A program made the translations under genes and the position numbers. The notes under the pieces are model-generated. The model had not been told where the DNA came from and made no database searches. It worked only from the letters and a program-made list of their open reading frames with translations. Positions 46,587 to 56,422 of a stretch of DNA of 64,000 bases are shown here, piece by piece; the stretch's first letter is position 1; every line of letters begins with the position of its first letter. The stretch is from Desulfobacteraceae bacterium (GTDB lineage: Bacteria > Desulfobacterota > Desulfobacteria > Desulfobacterales > JAABTS01): contig JAABTS010000006.1 of NCBI GenBank assembly GCA_011389735.1, positions 107 to 64,106 on the forward strand. The letters run 5' to 3'.

Positions 46587-48503
46587 ATGCAGATCGCAGA
46601 TCGAATATGGATACCCGAAGGAACGAGAGCGTTTCTGTTCGATATGGACGGCGTACTTCTGGATACGCTGACCTTTGATTTGATCCATTGCGCCCGGCTG
46701 CTCGAAAAATATACGGGAAAACACATTCCCCTTTCCAAAAGGTTTATCAGATCGTTATTCGCCTACCATCCCCCGGAATTTTGGCGGCGGATTCTGGATT
46801 TCGCCGAGCGTGAGCATCAGGTTCAAAACACCCAAAAACACCTGAACGCAATTCTCGAGGAATACAACGGGCTTCGAAATTCACAGTCCTATTCGCTCAA
46901 TCCTGGAATTCGGGAGATCCTCGATACGCTGAAATCACTTAATATCAAAACCGCATGCGTTTCCAACACGCCGATTGCAGATGTAGAGCGAATTTTGGCC
47001 CAATCCCGTTTAATCGATGATTTCGCTGTAATCGTGGGCAATGATATCGCGGATCTTGAAAAAAAACCGGCTCCGGACACCTATCTATATGCGGCCGAAG
47101 TCCTTGACGTGGAACCGGCCCGATGCGTCGTGATAGAAGATTCTCTGCTCGGCGCCGAAGCAGGCCGCCGCGCCGGATGTTTTACCATCGGCGTGGCCAC
47201 CGGGAGCGCCGATTTTGAAATCCTTGAAAAATCCGGTTTTACGGATTGCGTGTACACGTCTTTCGATACAAACCGCATTGGCGTCACATTCGGAGATGTC
47301 ACACAAAAAAAAATCCACACTCCGAATGAATTCGTGAGCCATATGATAGAGCACGTCGCCTGGCGGATTTGTGTTTCCATTCATATTGAATGGCGGTCCA
47401 ACGACTGGTTCGAATTGGGGAAAAATCTCGGAGGGCGAATCGGGGCGTTGGGATTTTACAGGAATGAAGGCGCGGCCATAGGGATGATCGACGACGGCTG
47501 CGCTGAAGCCGCAATTAAACGAACGGCTTACCCCGAATGCGTTATTGAAACCACGGCGGGCATGTCTCGCGACTGGTTTATGAGGCTCCGATGTGAACAA
47601 CTGCCAGGCGGCGAACCTCTGGCCGATTTAATCAACGGTCTGGCTCACGGCCTTTCCGCCTCTGTTAGGGTTCGTGTCCCCATGATCGAAGATCCCCATC
47701 ATTCCTGGGAAGGCGTTTTCAGATCGATTGGAATCGCCCTTGGCCGGATGGTTACGCCTGAACCTCCACAGATTGACACCAGCGAGGTCTCTGATGAACC
47801 GGACATTTCCAGGGGCGCCGTCAGCATTCTTGAACGATCCGCCCATTTCGCCGAAGCAATTCGAACAACTGCGGAAAGCCGGGTAAAGGTGAAGGTCGAT
47901 GTAAATGGATATGTTCCGGCGGTTTGCAAATTCGAAGTTTCGCCGTCCATCAAAGTTGATGGAGCGGCGGAATTGCTGGATATCCTGTCCGGATCAGCGG
48001 ATTTCGCCATCAATGTGGAATTTAAGGCGGAAGCGCTGAGTTCCAGCCACGTAGTTCTGGAAGATATCGGCCTTTTGCTGGGCAGAGCCCTCAAGGAAAT
48101 CCTGATCGTTCGAATGACTCATTTCGGCGTGAACGGCGCTGGATCGAGCGTAGCTTCGATTCAGGATTTCAATGACTTTCCCATACGGGCCGCAGTAAGC
48201 GTAGAAGGCCGAAAATTCTGGAAATTTGTTCCGTTCGACACCTCCTATGACCGGTTCCGGGAAAATTTTTTAATCGGCCATACACTCGATAACGGATTGT
48301 TCTCCGAAGATCTGGACGATTTTATCGATGGTCTGACCAATGGGATGGACGCTGCGGCGGTCTTTCATGTGGCGCACCACGTCGAACCGGACGCAGGATG
48401 GCGAATGACGTTCGATCACCTGGGACGCGCTCTGAAAGAAGCTTTTTTCTGTAATCCGTATCGCAAAGGCGTGCCGCCGGGAGTCAAGGCGACCTTGGAA
48501 TAG
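46587..48503 (+). CDS. HAD-superfamily phosphatase fused to two tandem imidazoleglycerol-phosphate-dehydratase-like domains
   Basis: The N-terminus has HAD motif I (FLFDMDGVLLDT) and VIEDSLLGAEAGRRAG. Two IGPD-like repeats follow. They contain FVSHMIEHVA, EDPHHSWEGVFRSIGIALG, SSHVVLEDIGLLLGRALKE and AHHVEPDAGWRMTFDHLGRALKEA, ending in an IGPD-like GVPPGVKATLE. All of this was read by eye. Confidence 0.6.
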   Translation: MQIADRIWIPEGTRAFLFDMDGVLLDTLTFDLIHCARLLEKYTGKHIPLSKRFIRSLFAYHPPEFWRRILDFAEREHQVQNTQKHLNAILEEYNGLRNSQSYSLNPGIREILDTLKSLNIKTACVSNTPIADVERILAQSRLIDDFAVIVGNDIADLEKKPAPDTYLYAAEVLDVEPARCVVIEDSLLGAEAGRRAGCFTIGVATGSADFEILEKSGFTDCVYTSFDTNRIGVTFGDVTQKKIHTPNEFVSHMIEHVAWRICVSIHIEWRSNDWFELGKNLGGRIGALGFYRNEGAAIGMIDDGCAEAAIKRTAYPECVIETTAGMSRDWFMRLRCEQLPGGEPLADLINGLAHGLSASVRVRVPMIEDPHHSWEGVFRSIGIALGRMVTPEPPQIDTSEVSDEPDISRGAVSILERSAHFAEAIRTTAESRVKVKVDVNGYVPAVCKFEVSPSIKVDGAAELLDILSGSADFAINVEFKAEALSSSHVVLEDIGLLLGRALKEILIVRMTHFGVNGAGSSVASIQDFNDFPIRAAVSVEGRKFWKFVPFDTSYDRFRENFLIGHTLDNGLFSEDLDDFIDGLTNGMDAAAVFHVAHHVEPDAGWRMTFDHLGRALKEAFFCNPYRKGVPPGVKATLE

Positions 48504-48603
48504 TGTCCGGCTTCGGGCGCGGGTCTTCAGGCGGCCCCTTGAATTTGCAGATCTTAGGATTGATTGGTAAACCCAAAGCAAGCCGGGCGCTTAACTCAGA
48601 CGG

Positions 48604-48706
48604 CTATTGTCTTCAGGATATTAAATTGCACTGCATTGTCGGCCCGGGATATACGAACATTATGATACCGGGCCTGCCGCCTTTTGAGGTTAAATGTGTT
48701 CCTGAG
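48604..48706 (-). repeat. tier-1 palindromic element, full length
   Basis: The sequence is ctattgtcttcaggatattaaattgcactgcattgtcggcccgggatatacgaacattatgataccgggcctgccgccttttgaggttaaatgtgttcctgag. Confidence 0.8.
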
Positions 48707-48753
48707 CGCCCAAAAACGGATATAACCAGTAGCTTTTGTTCCTGAACGCGCTT

Positions 48754-49449
48754 TCACCTGACGATACATGATTCCACCCAGGGATCGGCGATGGATTTGA
48801 AATATAAAAGATCGTTTTCGTGATACCGCTGTTCAGGAACGGTAAATTGCTCCGGATCGAGAACGGTTTCGGTTCTCAGTTTTTGAAGCGCGTATAATTT
48901 CGCTCCGGAGATAGTCCGGGCGATACCGTCCACCGCCCGGGCGTCCACCAGAGATCGCATACAAGTGGTTTTAAATTCATAAGGAAGGCCGGATTCCATT
49001 ATAATTCCAACGCTGTTAAATACGTCTTCCGTGGAGGCGTTGGATTTTATTAGCGATCCATAATGTTCGGGATCTGTTTTAATGTCCATGGCGATATAAT
49101 CGACAAGATTTTGTTGAATCAGAAATTCGAGCGCATGGGGGCGGCTGCCGTTGGTGTCCAGCTTTACCGGATATCCGAGATGCTTTAAACGGCGGCAAAG
49201 ATCCGGAAGATCCTCGTGGAGCGTGGGTTCTCCGCCGGAAATGACCACGCCGTCCAGAAATGAACGCCGCTCCTTCAAAAAGTCGTATATGCCCGCTTCC
49301 GATATGCAGGATTCACAAGGCGCGCATTTCACCAGTTGAGGGTTGTGGCAGTAAGGGCATTTAAAATTGCATCCCGAAAGAAACAGAACGCAGCAAATCT
49401 TGCCCGGATAATCGATCATTGAATTTTTTTGTACGCCGCCGATGATCAT
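48754..49449 (-). CDS. nrdG: anaerobic ribonucleotide reductase activating protein (radical SAM)
   Basis: It has the CNFKCPYCHN cluster motif and GGEPTL. The gene lies downstream of nrdD. Confidence 0.88.
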   Translation of the reverse strand: MIIGGVQKNSMIDYPGKICCVLFLSGCNFKCPYCHNPQLVKCAPCESCISEAGIYDFLKERRSFLDGVVISGGEPTLHEDLPDLCRRLKHLGYPVKLDTNGSRPHALEFLIQQNLVDYIAMDIKTDPEHYGSLIKSNASTEDVFNSVGIIMESGLPYEFKTTCMRSLVDARAVDGIARTISGAKLYALQKLRTETVLDPEQFTVPEQRYHENDLLYFKSIADPWVESCIVR

Positions 49450-49516
49450 TTTTGTACTCCATATCTTGACGGATTGAACGGCGGGAATTTTTCAGGCCGT
49501 TCAATCCGGATTAGTA

Positions 49517-51628
49517 TCAGGCCACTTTAAAGGTTTTTCTTTTTAAAAATTCCGCCTGTTTTCCGTTGTTCCATTGTTTGACCGGTCTGAGATACCCTAC
49601 GACTCGTGAATAAATTTCCGTTTCACCGCCGCATATTTCGCATTTTTCCTGCATGCCGTTGAGATAGCCGTGAGACGGGCAGACGCTGAACGTGGGCGTC
49701 AGGGTGAAATACGGAAGCCTGTAATTAGAGGATATTTTCCGGATCAGACTTTTAATGGTTTCGATATTGTCGACCTGTTCTCCCAGGAAGATGTGAAGAA
49801 CCGTGCCGCCTGTATATTTGGACTGCAGATCGTCCTGCAATCTCAAGATTTCGAATATATCATCCGTATAATTTACCGGCAATTGAGACGAATTGGTGTA
49901 ATATGGGCCGTCGTCTTTTTGGTAATCCTCTTCGTTGGCGCAAATGATATCGGGATATTTGTTTTTATCCAATATGGCGAGCCTGTATGACGTGCCTTCG
50001 GCCGGAGTCGCTTCCAGGTTGTAAATATCTCCGGTTTCTTCCTGATATCCGGCGATAATGTCCCTCATGAAGTCCATCACCTTGATCGCAAACGCGCCGC
50101 CCGATTGGCTGCCGATATCGTCGCCCACAAAATTCATGCAGGCTTCGTTCATGCCGATAATGCCGAAGGTCGAAAAATGATTTTTCCAGTACAGCCCGCT
50201 TCCCTCCTTGATGTCCCTCAAATAAAATTTGGAATAGGGATAAAGGTTCTTGTCTGTGAACTGTTCGAGAATCTTCCGTTTGATAGTGAGGCTGTTTTTT
50301 GCCAGATTCAGCATGAATTCCAGCCGCTTGAAAAAGTCAGCTTCATTCGACGCCAGATATCCGATTCTGGGCAGATTGATCGTGACCACGCCTATCGATC
50401 CCGTCAACGGGTTGGCGCCGAACAACCCTCCGCCGCGTTTCAACAGCTCCCGGTTGTCCAGCCGGAGCCGACAGCACATGGACCTGGCGTCTTCCGGAGA
50501 CAGATCCGAATTGACAAAGTTCGAAAAATAGGGAATGCCGTATTTGCCCGTCATTTTCCAGACCATTTCCAGATTGGGATTGTCCCAGTCAAAATCGGCC
50601 GTAATATTATATGTGGGAATCGGGAATGTGAACACCCGGCCCTTGGCGTCCCCGGCCATCATGATTTCAGCGAAGGCCCGGTTTAACGTGTCCATTTCAT
50701 TCTGAAATTCGGAATAGGTCGCATCCAATTCCGCGCCGCCGATAATTACCGGATGGTCCTTGAGAATTCCAGGAACGTAGAGATCCATGGTGATATTCGT
50801 AAACGGCGTTTGAAATCCAACCCGCGTAGGAATGTTGATATTGAATACAAATTCCTGTAACGCCTGCTTGACATCGGCGTATGACAGACCGTCATATCGA
50901 ATGAACGGGGCAAGCAGAGTGTCAAAGTTGGAAATGGCCTGAGCTCCAGCGGCTTCACCCTGAAGCGTATAGAAAAAATTGACGATCTGGCCCAGAGCAG
51001 TCCGCAGATGCTTGGGCGGAGCGCTCTCGACCTTGCCCTCAACGCCTTTGAACCCCTGCTTGAGAAGATCCTTTAAATCCCATCCCACGCAATACACAGA
51101 CAACAAGCTCAAATCGTGAATATGAATGTCCCCGTTTTTATGCGCGTTTCTGATTTCCGGCGGATATATCCGGTTAAGCCAGTATTCCGATGTAACATCC
51201 GATGAAATGTAATTGTTCAATCCCTGGAGAGAATAGCACATATTACTGTTTTCTTTAATTTTCCAGTCAAGTTTCCGAATATAGGATTCAACCAGATCTA
51301 CATTGGCCGACGTCACCAGATTACGGATCTGAGCGTGTTGCTCCCGGTAGATAATATATGCTTTCGCGCTCTTGTAATACGTCGTATCCAAAAGCACGCG
51401 TTCCACAATATCCTGTATTTCTTCGACTTCGGGAACCGGCCCGAACCTCATTTCATGAGCGAGCGTCAAAACCCGGAGGGTCAGTTTTTTCGCTACCCGC
51501 TCCGTAAACTCCCCTGTCGCCTTCCCGGCCCTGCTAATGGCCGCAGTAATCTTGGATGAATCAAATTCAACTTCTCTTCCGTCTCGTTTTCTGATTTGTT
51601 CAAACACTTTGTTTACCTCTCTACACAT
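49517..51628 (-). CDS. nrdD: anaerobic (class III) ribonucleoside-triphosphate reductase
   Basis: It has an ATP-cone (VFEQIRKRDGREVEFDSSKI). The C-terminus has a zinc site (CPSHGY...CEICGG) and a glycyl-radical motif (SRVVGYLRP). The start is either the ATG at 51628 or the GTG at 51607; the track start at 51805 lies inside the operator. Confidence 0.92.
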   Translation of the reverse strand: MCREVNKVFEQIRKRDGREVEFDSSKITAAISRAGKATGEFTERVAKKLTLRVLTLAHEMRFGPVPEVEEIQDIVERVLLDTTYYKSAKAYIIYREQHAQIRNLVTSANVDLVESYIRKLDWKIKENSNMCYSLQGLNNYISSDVTSEYWLNRIYPPEIRNAHKNGDIHIHDLSLLSVYCVGWDLKDLLKQGFKGVEGKVESAPPKHLRTALGQIVNFFYTLQGEAAGAQAISNFDTLLAPFIRYDGLSYADVKQALQEFVFNINIPTRVGFQTPFTNITMDLYVPGILKDHPVIIGGAELDATYSEFQNEMDTLNRAFAEIMMAGDAKGRVFTFPIPTYNITADFDWDNPNLEMVWKMTGKYGIPYFSNFVNSDLSPEDARSMCCRLRLDNRELLKRGGGLFGANPLTGSIGVVTINLPRIGYLASNEADFFKRLEFMLNLAKNSLTIKRKILEQFTDKNLYPYSKFYLRDIKEGSGLYWKNHFSTFGIIGMNEACMNFVGDDIGSQSGGAFAIKVMDFMRDIIAGYQEETGDIYNLEATPAEGTSYRLAILDKNKYPDIICANEEDYQKDDGPYYTNSSQLPVNYTDDIFEILRLQDDLQSKYTGGTVLHIFLGEQVDNIETIKSLIRKISSNYRLPYFTLTPTFSVCPSHGYLNGMQEKCEICGGETEIYSRVVGYLRPVKQWNNGKQAEFLKRKTFKVA

Positions 51629-51783
51629 CTTGAATTGTCGGATTTTTTTCAGAATTCGCTTAAATATGCACAAATCATTCTTTTTCGCCTTGACCGGCGA
51701 ACCTTCAATGTCCTTTAACCGGTTCCGTTTTTTCAGGCTCAAGCGCGAAAAAACAACATGAACCATATTCAACCGGTAAATCT

Positions 51784-51835
51784 GTAATACCCAATATATT
51801 GACACATGTCAACCCCATAAATCTATATATTGGGG
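51784..51835 (-). promoter_or_regulatory. nrdD promoter with tandem NrdR boxes
   Basis: The minus strand reads ccccaatatatagatttatgggg TTGACA tgtgtcaatatattggg TATTAC. Two CAATATAT-type palindromic boxes have centres about 31 bp apart. The second box fills the 17-nt spacer between -35 and -10. Confidence 0.6.
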
Positions 51836-51890
51836 TAAGGCGTTGAAAATGGGAATAAAATTTTTAAAAATATTTTAATCCAGGGAAGGA

Positions 51891-51968
51891 AAGGTTTGTC
51901 TTTTTTCAGGTCGTGGATTTCCGGAAGACTTACCTGGTTTTTCAGAAATTTGCTTTTTGGAAGGATAT
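51891..51968. repeat. two minimal (arm-only) tier-1 derivatives
   Basis: The two units are ttttttcaggtcgtggatttccggaagact and ctggtttttcagaaatttgctttttggaaggatat. Confidence 0.45.
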
Positions 51969-52023
51969 GGCGTCGGAATTTTTTACGCCTTGATTTTTTA
52001 TGTGGGAAGGGTAAGATACAAAC

Positions 52024-52356
52024 ATGTACCTTGACGCCCAGAATCCAGTTTTCAGAAAAAAAATCGTTCCGTGGTATGATGCGGACCCGGTTTGTATCGT
52101 AATGATCGTTTTTATGCTGTTCGTATTCGTTTTTGGTTTTATCGGCGTTATAGCGGCGAATGACATTCCCCGGGCGGAATTCATGAAACCTTATATGAAC
52201 GGCGCACTGGAGATATCGGACGGCATGGTTCCCTCAAAGGGGGAATTTCATCGGGGCGTCTGGGTTCCGATTTTTTTGATGATATCGAGCGGCGGCGTGA
52301 CCGTTTCCGTGTCATGCCGGCTCGTCATCCGATACATAGGAAGGCGCGAAGAATGA
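52024..52356 (+). CDS. hypothetical small membrane protein
   Basis: The 110-aa product has two hydrophobic segments. The RBS is weak and I recognise no family. Confidence 0.3.
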   Translation: MYLDAQNPVFRKKIVPWYDADPVCIVMIVFMLFVFVFGFIGVIAANDIPRAEFMKPYMNGALEISDGMVPSKGEFHRGVWVPIFLMISSGGVTVSVSCRLVIRYIGRREE

Positions 52357-52363
52357 ACGCCCG

Positions 52364-52882
52364 TTACAGGGTTTTCAGAAATTCTTTATATTTCATCTTT
52401 TTATAACTGTCCGTGCCGACAAATTTCAGTATGGGGAGAAGTTTTTCCGGAGGCATGAATCCGGGCTGCTGACCGATCGGTTCCCCGTCCTGGCTTAATA
52501 TCCACATCACCGGAAGATTTCTGACCTGGTATTTCTGAGCCACGCTTGTATTTTTGTCCGAATTGACTTTGACGGGGATGAAATGTTGGTTCAGGTAGTC
52601 AATGACGTCCTGGTTCACGAATGTCTTTTTATCCAGCATTTTACAGTAATGGCACCAGTCCGCGTAAAAATTGATAAATACCTTTTTGCCTTCTTCTTTT
52701 CCGAGCTTGACGCCTTCATCGTAGGAACGCCAATTTATCTTTTCCGCCTCCGTCATGAACGTTGAAACGGGTTCCGTTTCGTTCGCGGATCCGCCGGTTG
52801 AATTCGATTCCGACGATTCACTGCAATTCAAGGTCAACACCGCTATGATACAGGCCAGCACTACTGTTTTTCGAATATCCAT
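52364..52882 (-). CDS. secreted thioredoxin-fold protein (CxxC)
   Basis: It has a lipoprotein-like signal (LACIIAVLTLNCS) and the redox motif FYADWCHYCKMLD. Confidence 0.75.
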   Translation of the reverse strand: MDIRKTVVLACIIAVLTLNCSESSESNSTGGSANETEPVSTFMTEAEKINWRSYDEGVKLGKEEGKKVFINFYADWCHYCKMLDKKTFVNQDVIDYLNQHFIPVKVNSDKNTSVAQKYQVRNLPVMWILSQDGEPIGQQPGFMPPEKLLPILKFVGTDSYKKMKYKEFLKTL

Positions 52883-53002
52883 GATTCTACCTAATTTTTG
52901 ATTTATTTTTTGGGGTTGTTTTTTTTATACCGAAAAGAACCTGGCTTTCCGGTCCGCCATTTAGTTAAAGATAAAAGCTTTTTGGCGAGTTGTAAAGTCT
53001 TT

Positions 53003-54943
53003 TTATTCTATCCGCCGCATATGCTCCGCCATTTCCTCCGGTTTTAGAAATCCCGTCACGGCCGTATCAGGTATGAGTTTTCCTGAACGATCCAAAAAGA
53101 GAATCGTGGGCAGTCCTTTGATATCGTATTTCTTTTTCAGGCGGGCGGATTCCGGGGAGGAAGCGTTTGTCAAGTCTATTTTTACATTGACAAACCGGCG
53201 GGATTCTCTGGTCACGGCGGGACTCGGAAAGGTTTCCGCCTCCAGTTTTTTGCAATCCGTACACCAGTCGGCCCGGAAATCGATCATAACCGGTTTTTCC
53301 AGATTTTTCGCGGTTTCAAGAGCCGATGATTCATTGTAAAGCCATGAAATTCCAGGATCGGAGACATCCCCGCTCCGGCTGAAAAGCCGGGTCCGGTCTT
53401 CGACGGCGAATCGGCCCACGTAACAGATTCCGATGGTCAACAAGACGACGGCGGCGGTTTTCCATAACAGGCGGATTCCTGGATATTCTTCGTCTCCCTT
53501 TCCCAGGGTGTAAAAAAAGAGCCCCAGGGCGATAAGCACGGCGCCGGTCAACAGGAGGGACGTTTGAATGTCCAGCAACGGGCCCGCGTAATAAACTGCG
53601 ATTCCGAAAAAAACGATTCCGAAAAATCTTTTGACGGTTTCCATCCAGGTTCCGGCTTTGGGCAAGGCGGACGCCATTCCGGAAAACGTGCCTATTAGCA
53701 GAAACAGCATACCGAGGCCCAGAGCGAAGGTCCACATGATCAAAAATCCGTATAGTTTACTGCCCAGCGTGGCGACATAAACCAGAAGGCCCACCAGCAA
53801 AGGCCCTACACACGGCCCTACAATGCAGCCGCCGACGGCGCCGGTCAAAAAGACTCCGATCATTCCAGACCCGGAATATTTTCCGAGACGTGTTTGCAGT
53901 GATGACGGCAGTTGGAGCTGAAACAGGTCGAACATGCTGAGTCCCAGAGCGACGAAAACCACGCCCACAATGATTCGCACCGCCGGATGGTTCGCCTGTT
54001 CTCCGAAAAGACCACCGGATAACGATGCGATCAGTCCGAACATCGCATAGGTCAGGGACAGGCCGAGAACGTAAACAAGGGACAGGATGAAACCTTTTCG
54101 AATACTGCCCTCGCTTCTGGCTCCAATGACTCCGATCGTGATGGGAATCATCGGATAGACGCAGGGCGTCAGGCTGGCAAGAACGCCCCATAAAAACGCG
54201 GCCGCCAGAACGCCGATAATACCGAACCGTTCAGCCAGCCCTGAAAATTTGTTTTCTTTGTCCGGACGGGCGTCCCCGGACGAGGGCGCCGGCGCAGCAT
54301 CATTTTTACCTGCGGCCTGTGTTTCCGCCGGGTCAAAAAAGACGGGGGCCGTCTCCTCGGATTCAAGTCCGGTTTCGTCATCGAAGACCGGAACGGATTC
54401 CTGATCGAAGACCGGAGCGCCGTTATCCGGGATGGAAATCGGCTCGAAGGGATCGACAGCCGCCGCCGATCCAATTCCGGATCCGTTCACAACCAGCGAC
54501 ACAGACAGCTTCTTCTCTTCAGGCAAAAAGCAGACGCCTTTGGCGCAACCGCGAAATTTCAGATTGACGATGATCGTTCGATTTCCGGCCGATGCGGACG
54601 GCGCCGCGTTCCCCGTAATGGAAAATTCGGCGTCCTCGGAATATATATGGATGACGCCCAGGTATGGGTCGTCTTTCCGTTGTCCAGGCGGTCTTTGAAC
54701 GTCTTCGAAAGCCACTCCCGGAACGGATTCAGGTTCGATCAGAAGATCGTCGGCGAACAGGTAATGGTCTTTCGGGATACGGCATTTTACGGAAACGGCG
54801 AACGATTCGCCGGGGGACACGACGGAGGGCTTTACATCGATTATAAAATCGAATCTTGTTTCTGATGCGGCGCTTGCCGCAAGTGGAAGGCATATCAGAA
54901 AGAAAAGACATACAATGGAAAAAGATCGTAAATATCGATTCAT
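53003..54943 (-). CDS. dsbD: thiol:disulfide interchange protein DsbD
   Basis: It has a signal peptide and an N-terminal DsbD-alpha domain. The TM core carries CVYPMIP and CVGP. The C-terminal thioredoxin domain has FRADWCTDCKKLE. Confidence 0.88.
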   Translation of the reverse strand: MNRYLRSFSIVCLFFLICLPLAASAASETRFDFIIDVKPSVVSPGESFAVSVKCRIPKDHYLFADDLLIEPESVPGVAFEDVQRPPGQRKDDPYLGVIHIYSEDAEFSITGNAAPSASAGNRTIIVNLKFRGCAKGVCFLPEEKKLSVSLVVNGSGIGSAAAVDPFEPISIPDNGAPVFDQESVPVFDDETGLESEETAPVFFDPAETQAAGKNDAAPAPSSGDARPDKENKFSGLAERFGIIGVLAAAFLWGVLASLTPCVYPMIPITIGVIGARSEGSIRKGFILSLVYVLGLSLTYAMFGLIASLSGGLFGEQANHPAVRIIVGVVFVALGLSMFDLFQLQLPSSLQTRLGKYSGSGMIGVFLTGAVGGCIVGPCVGPLLVGLLVYVATLGSKLYGFLIMWTFALGLGMLFLLIGTFSGMASALPKAGTWMETVKRFFGIVFFGIAVYYAGPLLDIQTSLLLTGAVLIALGLFFYTLGKGDEEYPGIRLLWKTAAVVLLTIGICYVGRFAVEDRTRLFSRSGDVSDPGISWLYNESSALETAKNLEKPVMIDFRADWCTDCKKLEAETFPSPAVTRESRRFVNVKIDLTNASSPESARLKKKYDIKGLPTILFLDRSGKLIPDTAVTGFLKPEEMAEHMRRIE

Positions 54944-54959
54944 GAGGTTATGTCCTGAT

Positions 54960-55814
54960 TTATACGGTGCTCAGCAGAGCCGCTTTATCCGCAGCAGCCT
55001 TGATTGCTTTGACGATATGGGGCTTTACCAGACCCGCTTCCATAACATCTATAGCCGTTTCAGTGGTTCCACCCGGAGATGTGACTTTTTTTCGCAACGA
55101 CCGGGCGGATTCCCCTTTTTCGACCATCAGCCGCAAAGCTCCTTCAACCGTGGCCAGGGTGAGCGTTTCCGCGTCTTTTTCAGGGAGCCCCGCCTCGATT
55201 CCGCCGTCGATCATGGATTCGATCATGTAAAACACATAGGCCGGCCCTGAACCGGATAAAGCCGTTACAGCATCGAGGGACGATTCGGGACACCGATACA
55301 CCTTCCCCATTGCGTTTAAAATTTGTTCGGCGATGTCCAGATCTTCGGGGGTTGTCTGGCTGTTGGGGCTCATTCCGGAAATTCCGGACAGCACCAGGGC
55401 CGGCGTATTCGGCATCACCCGGATGATGGGCAGTCGTGTTCGGCCGGATGATTCAAGAGGCTTGTAAAGAATTTTTTCAATTCGTTCAATTCGGATTCCC
55501 GCTGCGATGGAAACCACGATTTTGCGACGATCTACGCCGTAAGACGGAGATCGGGCGATTTCGGACAAAATATGATCCATTTGCTGGGGTTTGACGGCCA
55601 GAACGACAATATCGGATTCCAGAAAGATATCCGTATTGTTCTTATTCACTGATACTCCGTAAGTTCGTTGCATATAGTCGAGCCTGGCGTCGCTGATATC
55701 TCCTGCCGTGACTGCGTCCGGAGACGCGATCTTCGATCCCAATACGGCTCCGATAATGGCCTCGCCCATATTGCCGGCGCCGATAAAACCGATCCGTCCT
55801 TTTATCTTGCTCAT
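54960..55814 (-). CDS. proC: pyrroline-5-carboxylate reductase
   Basis: It contains GFIGAGNMGEAI and VTSPGGTTE. The ATG at 55812-55814 follows GGAGGG and is preferred over the track start. Confidence 0.9.
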   Translation of the reverse strand: MSKIKGRIGFIGAGNMGEAIIGAVLGSKIASPDAVTAGDISDARLDYMQRTYGVSVNKNNTDIFLESDIVVLAVKPQQMDHILSEIARSPSYGVDRRKIVVSIAAGIRIERIEKILYKPLESSGRTRLPIIRVMPNTPALVLSGISGMSPNSQTTPEDLDIAEQILNAMGKVYRCPESSLDAVTALSGSGPAYVFYMIESMIDGGIEAGLPEKDAETLTLATVEGALRLMVEKGESARSLRKKVTSPGGTTETAIDVMEAGLVKPHIVKAIKAAADKAALLSTV

Positions 55815-55870
55815 AATGCCCTCCAATACCGGTTTTTCTAAAAATTTCATGCGCCGCGGCGGCGCCGGGC

Positions 55871-55975
55871 TAAAGGTTTTCAGAAATTGAATTTCACAAG
55901 GCCGCGCGCCTTAAATCATAATAATCGTAGATCTCAGGCCGGCAACCCGTGAAAATTATTTTCTGAAAGTCCATA
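55871..55975 (+). repeat. tier-1 palindromic element, full length
   Basis: The sequence runs taaaggttttcagaaattgaatttcacaaggccgcg...caggccggcaacccgtgaaaattattttctgaaagtccata. Confidence 0.8.
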
Positions 55976-56004
55976 ATAACGTAAAACACTGATTATGCTC
56001 CGAT

Positions 56005-56077
56005 CCGGGGTGCAATAAAATACGGCCTTTCGGAACTGAATTATCTGAAAACCGGCGCAATTTTTGAAAACCTGTAA
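56005..56077. repeat. degenerate tier-1 fragments
   Basis: The fragments are ...cggcctttcggaactgaattatctgaaaaccgg and cgcaatttttgaaaacctgtaac. Confidence 0.4.
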
Positions 56078-56237
56078 CAACCGTTATCCGTTCTATTGAC
56101 AATCGATTTGAAAAACGTTTAAAAAATATGCGAATGATCAGGAAGATGTCAATGTTTTTACACTAAAACATATTGACTAATTCGGTAAATCTGACTACCA
56201 TAAATTGATTCGGCCGGAGGTTTTAGAAAAATCAGAT

Positions 56238-56338
56238 CTTTCGGAAATCGATTTTCACCGGGTTGTTTGCCTGGAGTATTAACAACCGCATTATCCCGGG
56301 TCCTTATTTTGTGAAATTGAATTTCTGAAAACCTGTAG
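56238..56338 (-). repeat. tier-1 palindromic element, full length
   Basis: The sequence runs tctttcggaaatcgattttcaccgggttgtttgcctgg...ttatcccgggtccttattttgtgaaattgaatttctgaaaacctgtag. Confidence 0.75.
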
Positions 56339-56422
56339 ACGTAATAAAACATGGGCTTTCCGGAAAAAGGTTTACGACCGTCCGGGAAGCCGAAATCAAA
56401 ATTTATCAAGAGGTTTTAACCT

